Assembly (NCBI GenBank): GCA_024275415.1
Contig: JAJRZD010000076.1
Coordinates: 1 to 18,729, forward strand
Source: an archaeon
Lineage (GTDB): Archaea > Asgardarchaeota > Thorarchaeia > Thorarchaeales > Thorarchaeaceae
Direction: 5' to 3'
DNA: 18,729 nt
This document shows positions 1 through 7,034 of this stretch, piece by piece. Within the stretch, counting starts at the first letter, position 1. Each line of letters starts with the position of its first letter. Under the pieces are notes generated by a model. That model ran no database searches. It saw only the letters and a list, made by a program, of their open reading frames with translations, and had not been told where the DNA came from. Both the position numbers and the translations under genes were made by a program.

Positions 1-1
1 C

Positions 2-130
2 GCTCTTTTCATTGAACCACTCAACCTCCGTCCAAAACTCAGTGAAGTCTGCCTCGTAAAGTGGCTTCAGGTGGAAACCAGTTTCTGCATAGTACATGCC
101 GTCATACTTTGCGATTTCGGGTGAGACCTC
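2..130 (-). pseudogene. In-frame continuation of the 131..619 ORF beyond the TAA, running off the window edge
   Basis: Manual translation gives 43 stop-free codons with protein-like composition: EVSPEIAKYDGMYYAETGFHLKPLYEADFTEFWTEVEWFNEKS. Confidence 0.55.
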
Positions 131-619
131 TTACCAAATATCGGCGTACCGGAACCAAGCGGGTTCCTCATCGCCGAGTGCTACACCACTGACGCTGCCA
201 ATATTCATGAGCCGTTCGGGTGGTGATTGCTCGGGATCCTGATATACTGGTGCGGGGCCTAGATTCAGCTCAAACTTGATGGCCTGCTCGAACCATTCTT
301 TGTATGTGTTGTTGTACAGAATGTCGAGCGGGTTGTTGAGCACCGCATCCCACCAGTGAGTTACCCAATACACCTTGATGCCTGCCGCAGCCGCTAGGTC
401 GGCGTATTCGAGGTCCTCTGGTGCCGCATGCCCATTCGCTACCCAGATCGTGAAATTTCCAGTGATGAGTTGCGGCTCGTAGTAAAAACCACCGTGCATC
501 GTATCAATGGCGCTCACTGGCTGTTGCAGAGTCAGTCCAAGTAACAGCGCGAGCGCGAAGAGCGTTGGTGTGTGCCTCGGCAATAGTGCTATCTCCCAAA
601 CACCATCAATTATCATCAC
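131..619 (-). CDS. Secreted hypothetical protein, 5' part of an ORF interrupted by an in-frame TAA; possibly glycoside-hydrolase-like
   Basis: Signal-peptide-like stretch (TLFALALLLGLTLQQPVSA), two N-x-T sequons and a GVALGDEEP motif. The same frame stays open past the TAA at 131-133. The true start may be the TTG near 583, which follows GGAGA. Confidence 0.65.
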   Translation of the reverse strand: MMIIDGVWEIALLPRHTPTLFALALLLGLTLQQPVSAIDTMHGGFYYEPQLITGNFTIWVANGHAAPEDLEYADLAAAAGIKVYWVTHWWDAVLNNPLDILYNNTYKEWFEQAIKFELNLGPAPVYQDPEQSPPERLMNIGSVSGVALGDEEPAWFRYADIW

Positions 620-907
620 AGTCTTTTGCGCTGGATGATAAACATACTATACAGCCGTTGTAGGCTTATTTGTGTTCTCAATCCCTGAGTCTGTGAAACG
701 TTGATGTTGTCCTCTACCATGAAACACTCGAACGTTACTGGAGTGTGACAGGTGTTTGTTATTCAGAACCTAATGGTTCTGCTATTACAAAAGAAGTAGA
801 GAAATAGAATTCACATTGTTGAGAATGTAGTCTGTCTTCACATAGGAACGTTTTGTTGCAGAAAGAATCCCTCGTCGATAATGGTCAGGAACCAAGCTGC
901 TTAGAAC

Positions 908-1288
908 CTAGCTGTCGTCCTTCTTCTGTCGTTTCTCGTAATCCTCAATCGCCTTGTGAAGTGCGTCTGCTGCAAGGTTAGAGCAGTGCATCTTCTGAGG
1001 GGGCAGACCGTCCAATTCCTCGGCGACCTGTCCGCGAGTCAGCTTCTTTGCTTCCTCGATGGTCATTCCTATCGCCATCTCAGTGGTCACTGATGATGTG
1101 GCTATCGCCGCGACACATCCAAAGGTTTCCACCTTCGCATCCACTATCACGCCGTCTTTCACTTTTACAAAGAGTCTGAGCATGTCACCACACACGGGGT
1201 TTCCCACTTCGCCGACGCCATCGGGGTCTTCCATGCGGCCCATGTTCTTCGGGTTCGTGAAATGCTCACGGACTTTCTCTGAGTACAC
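908..1288 (-). CDS. iscU: Fe-S cluster scaffold protein IscU/NifU-N
   Basis: MYSEKVREHF start, GNPVCGD (C33, D35), FGC (C58) and LPPQKMHC (H101, C102). GTG start preceded by an AAGGTGA ribosome-binding site. Confidence 0.97.
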   Translation of the reverse strand: MYSEKVREHFTNPKNMGRMEDPDGVGEVGNPVCGDMLRLFVKVKDGVIVDAKVETFGCVAAIATSSVTTEMAIGMTIEEAKKLTRGQVAEELDGLPPQKMHCSNLAADALHKAIEDYEKRQKKDDS

Positions 1289-1349
1289 TACAAATTCACC
1301 TTCTTGTTGGTTACGTTATCACCATGCTTTAGTGTTTTTCTTAGTGGCA

Positions 1350-2564
1350 TCACCAATCATCTCCAGGGACATCATGGTGATGGTCGTCTTCAGGCTCCGT
1401 GTTAGCGAAATACTGTCCGTGTCTGATCGGGCTGAATTCTCGGAGTCGTTCCACTGCTGGGACAAGGGCATCGATGAACCCGTCAATTTCCTCTTTGGTA
1501 TTGTTCCTTGAGAACGATATCCGCAACGAGCCATGAGATACCTCAGGTGGTAGTCCGATTGCCTTCAAGACATGGCTCCCCTGAAGCGTCTTTGAGGAGC
1601 ACGCGGAGCCTGTTGCTACCGAGTATCCGAACATGTCGAGCTGGACGAGCATACTTTCGCCCTCGATGAACTCGACAAGCATGCTGAAAAGACCAGGTAT
1701 CCGATTCGTGGGATGACCTGTGAACCGGATGTCACTGATTCTTTCGGAGACCTTCTCCTTGACATACGCAGCGAGCTCGTTCAGGTGTTTAACATCATTG
1801 GGGTTCCAGATCTCGACTGCCTTGGCAAACCCGACAATGGCAGGGATGTTCTCGACTCCGGGGCGGAGCCTTCGTTCTTCATCGCCTCCCTCGTGGAGTC
1901 TGTCGATTCTCGTCCCCCTGCGGATGTACAGCGCACCCGCGCCCTTGGGGCCATGTATCAGATGGGCATCGACAGTGATGAGATCCACCATGACCTTCTC
2001 AGTATCGATAGGCATCTTCATGAAAGTCTGTGTGGCGTCCGTGTGGAACAACACGCCGGCGGCCTTGGTGATTTTGGCTATCTCCTCGATGGGCTGGACA
2101 GTCCCAATCTCACCGTTTCCATGTTGGATAGTAACGAGGACTGTATCTTCCTTTATGGCACTCTTCAGTTGTTCCAGACTTATCAGGCCGTACTCGTCAA
2201 CATCAAGATACTCGATCTCGTACCCAGCCCCTTCGAGGCGAGCCAGTGACCTGAGTACTGACTGCACTTCGATTGGCGATGTGATGATGTGTCTTCCTTT
2301 CTTCTTGTTGGCTCTCGCAACACCACGAGTTGCTAGGTTATTTGATTCGGTCGCACCAGATGTGAAGATGATAGCTCGGGGATCGGTATTGAGAGACTCC
2401 GCAATGGTCTTTCGAGCATTCTCCATCCCCATCACTGCTCCTACATCCTGTGAGTGACTCAGTTCCAGTCCTGCCGTCCCGTAATGCTCACGGAAGTACG
2501 GAAGCATTGCCTCTATGACCCTTTCATCCACTTGAGTAGAGTTAGCGTTGTCAAAGTATGCCAT
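1350..2564 (-). CDS. iscS: IscS/NifS-family (class V aminotransferase fold) protein with degenerate PLP site; probably not an active cysteine desulfurase
   Basis: Family motifs YFDNANST, IIFTSGATESNN, FHTDATQ, HGPKG, GSACSS (C322), SHVLKAIG and GSLRISF, adjacent to iscU. The Schiff-base Lys position is Leu202 and the stacking His position is Val100. Confidence 0.93.
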   Translation of the reverse strand: MAYFDNANSTQVDERVIEAMLPYFREHYGTAGLELSHSQDVGAVMGMENARKTIAESLNTDPRAIIFTSGATESNNLATRGVARANKKKGRHIITSPIEVQSVLRSLARLEGAGYEIEYLDVDEYGLISLEQLKSAIKEDTVLVTIQHGNGEIGTVQPIEEIAKITKAAGVLFHTDATQTFMKMPIDTEKVMVDLITVDAHLIHGPKGAGALYIRRGTRIDRLHEGGDEERRLRPGVENIPAIVGFAKAVEIWNPNDVKHLNELAAYVKEKVSERISDIRFTGHPTNRIPGLFSMLVEFIEGESMLVQLDMFGYSVATGSACSSKTLQGSHVLKAIGLPPEVSHGSLRISFSRNNTKEEIDGFIDALVPAVERLREFSPIRHGQYFANTEPEDDHHHDVPGDDW

Positions 2565-2570
2565 ACCACA

Positions 2571-3029
2571 TCAGTCCTTACAAGCAGAGCATTCAGTGTC
2601 TACATGGGCGCAGTATTCCTTGTGGACATCACAAAGAGTACCTTCCCTGCGGAGTATCTCGATCAACTTGTTGATTTCCCGAGTCATTGTTTCATAAACA
2701 TAATTACCCTCATCTCGGGCATCCCATGCGTCGATGATAACGTCTGCTGACTTCCTGACAGCAGGGATGACCTTTGCTGGGATCTCGACTTGGTCTCCTC
2801 GTGACCGCTTGGACTTGCTTAACTTGTATTGTGTGACGGCTGGTTCCGTGACACCTAGCATCTGAGCAATCTGCTTCTGGGGAATTCCTTTCTCAATCAT
2901 GGTTCTTGTCAGCTCACGCCGTATTGCAGGAAGTACGTACCAGACTTCTACCTCCTGTGGCATGAGCCAGGTTCTTCGTTTCTTCCTCTTTTCAGTCGGG
3001 TTACTTGCCAAAATCAATGCCTCGGTCAC
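2571..3029 (-). CDS. Archaeal HTH transcriptional regulator (COG2522-like) with C-terminal Cys/His metal-binding tail
   Basis: MPQEVEVWYVLPAIRRELTR, HTH region GIPQKQIAQMLGVTEPAVTQY and tail CDVHKEYCAHVDTECSAC. Its stop lies 6 nt before the iscS start. Alternative ATG start at 2963. Confidence 0.85.
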   Translation of the reverse strand: MTEALILASNPTEKRKKRRTWLMPQEVEVWYVLPAIRRELTRTMIEKGIPQKQIAQMLGVTEPAVTQYKLSKSKRSRGDQVEIPAKVIPAVRKSADVIIDAWDARDEGNYVYETMTREINKLIEILRREGTLCDVHKEYCAHVDTECSACKD

Positions 3030-3067
3030 TTTACTATGGTTTACGGTTCATGATAGTTAAGGTGGCA

Positions 3068-3095
3068 ATATAAGGATGTCGGCACGACATTATAT
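3068..3095. promoter_or_regulatory. Inverted repeat ATGTCG-gca-CGACAT flanked by TATA-like elements in the divergent HTH/iscSU - DUF116 intergenic region
   Basis: 6-bp arms at 3076-3081 and 3085-3090, with TATAA (3069-3073) and TTATAT (3090-3095) on either side. Confidence 0.45.
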
Positions 3096-3254
3096 CAGTA
3101 ATACACATCAAGAGACCATTTCACATTGTGAACTCCAATCAAAGCGAAAAGCTCGATTTCATACCCAAAACAACGAACATCTTAAATCACTCTAAACATA
3201 ACCTTATATTTGCACCTCCCCAAAGCTAATTGTTATCCAAGCTGGTGGCCACTA

Positions 3255-3851
3255 ATGTCCAAACACGACAGTACCAATGAAGAGAGCGCCGGTCAAAGCA
3301 AGAATGTAACGTTGGACGACATTACTGGTTTGCTGAACGAAATCGCACTTCAAAAACATGTTGCGCAAGACGAGCTTGCAAAAATGGTTATAGCCGAACT
3401 GGAAATCCATGATGAAACTCTTCTGAACTTTGCCTATATCGAGGCGGAGAATGTCCTGAATAGCGCGTCGTATTCGAGTATAGCTGTTGAAGACAGGATT
3501 CTGCTCATCCCTCATTGCCTACGGGATCGTGAACACTGCATCGCCCCTGTGGACGAAGAGGGATATCATTGCCAGAAGTGTGGCAGATGCATAATCAATG
3601 ATATCACCTTGAAAGCGGAAGCAAAAGGCATCAAGTGGTACATGGTAGGCGGAGGGTCTCATGCAATGCGAATTGTGAAGAATGCAAGGCCACGAGCTGT
3701 TCTTGGGATTGCTTGTTTCGATGATGCAAAAGCTGCGACTGAGAAGATAGGAGCGTATGGTATTCCCACACAATCAGTCCTGTTATCGAAAGACGGATGT
3801 GTGGATACCGAGGTTGATTTTGAAAGAGTGTCACGAGTAATGGATCTCTGA
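3255..3851 (+). CDS. DUF116-family Cys-rich protein, putative Fe-S binding
   Basis: RILLIPHCLR, HCQKCGRC, VGGGS, VLGIAC and DGCVDT motifs are typical of DUF116. The ATG at 3255 follows GGTGG; the ORF track starts at 3210. Confidence 0.88.
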   Translation: MSKHDSTNEESAGQSKNVTLDDITGLLNEIALQKHVAQDELAKMVIAELEIHDETLLNFAYIEAENVLNSASYSSIAVEDRILLIPHCLRDREHCIAPVDEEGYHCQKCGRCIINDITLKAEAKGIKWYMVGGGSHAMRIVKNARPRAVLGIACFDDAKAATEKIGAYGIPTQSVLLSKDGCVDTEVDFERVSRVMDL

Positions 3852-3929
3852 CAAAGTTTCACTCCAAATACTAATTGACGCTCAAATGATTCAAAGACAT
3901 CACTAACGAACAGACGCCAAAGTATGCTG

Positions 3930-6176
3930 TCAAGCCTTGTGAAATCGGATTTCGAAAACGGCACCTTTCGAATAGTCACCTGGGATCCGATCCCTCATCG
4001 TGATTGAACCACCGTATCGTTCAACAAGGCTTTTGACAACGGACAGTCCAAGTCCGGTTCCCCTTGCGCCATCCATGTACCTTGAAAAGAGATGTGCCCG
4101 TTTCTCGGGGGGAATCCCTGAGCCATGGTCGCTGATACTGACCACCCAATATCTATGCTTGGAGTCATCCTCTGAAGTGATCTTCACTTCAATTGTTTCG
4201 TTTTCAGGACTGTGCTGGATTGCATTTAGGAGTAGGTTTGTGAAGATATCGTTTATGAAATGATCTGCAAGCACATAGTACGTCCCTTCTTCATAATCGA
4301 TGACAAGCCGCATGCTCTTGGCATCACCTTTGCAGATTAGCGCAAACGAATCCTTGATGTGTTTCACAACATCATATCTGATAAGGTTGACAGTGCTTTC
4401 ATAGCCTATTCGGAGGATACGTTCCACATTATTGATTAACGACCCAGCCCTGTGTAGTGCTTCACGAATGACGCTGAGATGCTTCTTTATGGGCCGGGTT
4501 GTAGCATCATCCAATTCAAGAATGTCGATTGTTGTGATTGCTTGTTGATGATAGTTCCGGATATCATGGACGAGAAGGTCAGAGAAGACAGTTGCTCTTT
4601 TCCGTGCCTGCTCCGCTGCGAACATCCACTGTAGATATGCTATGCCAATCAGGAGTGGCCCCAATGATAGGCCCACAACACGGATAAGATGTGCCACCCA
4701 CCAGCCTACGGTCCAAATGCCATACACCGAGATGAGAATGTTTGGCACAATCCAGACTGAGAGAACCATGATGGATATTATTTCTATTCGGAGCTCTGCG
4801 ATAGATATGCGGGAGCGAAGGAAGAAGATGTAGGAAAAGAGAAGGATCACGAATATATTCAGAACTAACAGGATTGCATTCTTTTCAATATTCGAGAACA
4901 AATCTTGAATTGTTTGTACGGCTGTCGCATTGATGACCAGCACCATAAGCAATGCGAAAATGGCTGCGCCGACAATCCGGGAGATAGTGGGAGCGTATTT
5001 CAAGTCAGGCTTCTTCAACGTCCAGGCAATGGCTAACATGAAGAATATGGCTGTGAGTACGCTCCCAATGATATCACCTATCAAGGTGATATTAAGGTCT
5101 GATTCAAGTGCCGGTAACTCAAAGATTACTGTGTTGATATCAATGATGGCCCAGTTCAGAAAAATAAGAACAAGAGGAGTATGAATAGGGTCTGGTTCCC
5201 TTTTTGAAAATGCGAGGATTAGAATGATCATCTGCACTGCAATGAACAGGCCCATATACTTCGAAACTGCATAAAGGTTCAAGTCCAATACTGTCAGTCC
5301 AAAGGTCACAATCTCCAATAGCATGGTTGTGAAAAAAGGAAGGATAGTCAATGCCATCAATGCAATGACATACGCGAACGATAGTCGTTTTGATGCGCCA
5401 TAGCCTTTGAGAATGAAGAACGTGAGAACTGTAAAGAGGAGTGCCAATCCAAACAATTGGAGGTGTATGGAAACTACCCAGAAGCTAGAGAAATGGTAGA
5501 CTGAGAGAATGAGAGGGATGGAAGACAATGCAAAGACTGCGATAGTCGAAGCACAAAAACCCATAGGTACATCCTCAAGAAGAGCGGCAGATCCAGTCGC
5601 TTTTCGTACTAATAGAAAGGAACCGCCAACGATTCCAAGTATCCCAATCAGATCAACGGCCAGTAACTCAACCACTGTCAATAATGGGAGGATGCTATAA
5701 GAAAACAAGAAGACTATGAGAACGCCTCCCAGAAGCATAGATGCACGAAAGTAGCGCCACTTGAACAATGTGTACAATCTAGAACCTTCGTGCATATTCA
5801 GTGCAATGACCAAGAATAGGATGAATAACAGCGTCGTGATAATATCGCCTGAGTGAACTACAGAGTCGATTGAAGGAGGACTGTGTGCTGTCAGTCCATA
5901 ATATGCCTTACCGATATAGATGAGGCTCAAGAATAAGAAGGGTATGTGGACTGGATATTGCCATCCTGCATTGTGACCTCTTCGTACGACAAGAATGGCT
6001 CCAACAAGCATCAGTGACAGGATTGCCATCTGGGTATCGAGTACAACATGGATGTGAGAGGAATGCACATCTAAAATAGCAACGTAATATAGCAACCAGC
6101 TGAAAGTAGCTATAGTTAACACTATGATGGCGGAATATATTATCGTGTGCATCCCATTCATCCGTCTTAGCATCAC
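3930..6176 (-). CDS. Multi-pass membrane sensor histidine kinase (~16 TM + HisKA + HATPase_c)
   Basis: H-box DLLVHDIRN (H537), N-box FTNLLLNAIQHS, G1 ISDHGSGIP, F-box LFSRY and G2 GTGLGL, preceded by ~515 hydrophobic residues. Confidence 0.93.
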   Translation of the reverse strand: MMLRRMNGMHTIIYSAIIVLTIATFSWLLYYVAILDVHSSHIHVVLDTQMAILSLMLVGAILVVRRGHNAGWQYPVHIPFLFLSLIYIGKAYYGLTAHSPPSIDSVVHSGDIITTLLFILFLVIALNMHEGSRLYTLFKWRYFRASMLLGGVLIVFLFSYSILPLLTVVELLAVDLIGILGIVGGSFLLVRKATGSAALLEDVPMGFCASTIAVFALSSIPLILSVYHFSSFWVVSIHLQLFGLALLFTVLTFFILKGYGASKRLSFAYVIALMALTILPFFTTMLLEIVTFGLTVLDLNLYAVSKYMGLFIAVQMIILILAFSKREPDPIHTPLVLIFLNWAIIDINTVIFELPALESDLNITLIGDIIGSVLTAIFFMLAIAWTLKKPDLKYAPTISRIVGAAIFALLMVLVINATAVQTIQDLFSNIEKNAILLVLNIFVILLFSYIFFLRSRISIAELRIEIISIMVLSVWIVPNILISVYGIWTVGWWVAHLIRVVGLSLGPLLIGIAYLQWMFAAEQARKRATVFSDLLVHDIRNYHQQAITTIDILELDDATTRPIKKHLSVIREALHRAGSLINNVERILRIGYESTVNLIRYDVVKHIKDSFALICKGDAKSMRLVIDYEEGTYYVLADHFINDIFTNLLLNAIQHSPENETIEVKITSEDDSKHRYWVVSISDHGSGIPPEKRAHLFSRYMDGARGTGLGLSVVKSLVERYGGSITMRDRIPGDYSKGAVFEIRFHKA

Positions 6177-6609
6177 AGAGTGAGAGATAGTCCCAATAGA
6201 AAAATGTTTTTTTTACTTTCATCTCATTTTCCCCTTATAAAGGTAAATTCTGCAATGCGCAATTGGACAAAACAGATTGATACTGCGAACACTCAAACAT
6301 TCAGGTCAGGATCCCAGTGGGTTGCAAATAGCTGCGTTAGATGTGCCCAAACGTGGACATCCCTTAGATAGACATTCGAAGTAAATTATAGGGCTTCATA
6401 TACTCGACCACTCTCACAGGAGTATGAGGTCGGACATGACACACAAATGGCCTCGCAGAGTCCACCTAGTGCCGTTATCTGGGAGTGCAACACTCTGGTG
6501 TCCAAGTTTGTACAACTTACAATAAACGGTGACGATCGACAATACAAATGATAGCATCGTCTTAAAGCTGCTCATTCGTATTGGAGTCCACTTTCAAGGA
6601 TCATGCAAT

Positions 6610-6864
6610 CTAGACGAATTCTAAGATGACTGTCCTTTCATGGCTAGAAAGAGTGCTTCTAGTAAGGTCTTCTCCAGTCGAAGAAACAACTCTCCATTTC
6701 TTGTGGACATCGTGATCCTCGAAGGGCCATGATTGACGAACAGCTTCCTCGAATGTTGTATCATCATGTCCTTTTATGAAATACTCCCTCTTCGAGTCTT
6801 TCAGCCTAATTACTCGTGTTACATTTCCTGCGAATCCTTTCAGACTGCCTCTTCTCATATACAT
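6610..6864 (-). CDS. Small hypothetical protein, possible beta-grasp/ubiquitin-like fold without C-terminal GG
   Basis: An 84-aa ORF fills the gap upstream of, and divergent from, the sirtuin. Its strand/helix pattern and TLSSH / ERTVILEF segments resemble ubiquitin TLSDY / ESTLHLV. Confidence 0.6.
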   Translation of the reverse strand: MYMRRGSLKGFAGNVTRVIRLKDSKREYFIKGHDDTTFEEAVRQSWPFEDHDVHKKWRVVSSTGEDLTRSTLSSHERTVILEFV

Positions 6865-7034
6865 CCCATCTATTCAGAAACGAACCTTCAGGTTAAGAGG
6901 CCCGGTTCATCATATATTCGTGTGCAGACAATCTGTAATAGGTCTTTACATCTGCACCGGACACAATGTCCACAATTATGATGGTGGTACACACAATTCG
7001 ATTTGTTGATAAGAAGCCAGTACTATTCTTGGGT

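Noticed and set aside
131-133. Selenocysteine or pyrrolysine recoding of the in-frame stop
   Set aside because: The codon is TAA, not TGA or TAG, and no SECIS-like element was identified.
764-781. Inverted repeat CAGAACC-taat-GGTTCTG downstream of iscU
   Set aside because: 7-bp stem, no T-tract and ~130 nt from the stop, so it cannot be assigned as a terminator or operator.
1059-2750. Plus-strand ORFs of 98-245 aa (1059..1511, 1713..2249, 1720..2457, 2454..2750)
   Set aside because: They are antisense shadows of iscU, iscS and the regulator, with no recognisable motifs.
6386-6547. 53-codon Cys-rich minus-strand ORF (TTG start; ...LCEAICVSCPTSYSCESGRVYEAL) in the 430-bp gap upstream of the first kinase
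   Set aside because: Short, no convincing ribosome-binding site and no recognisable Cys spacing; an ORF this size can arise by chance. A tblastn hit would revive it.
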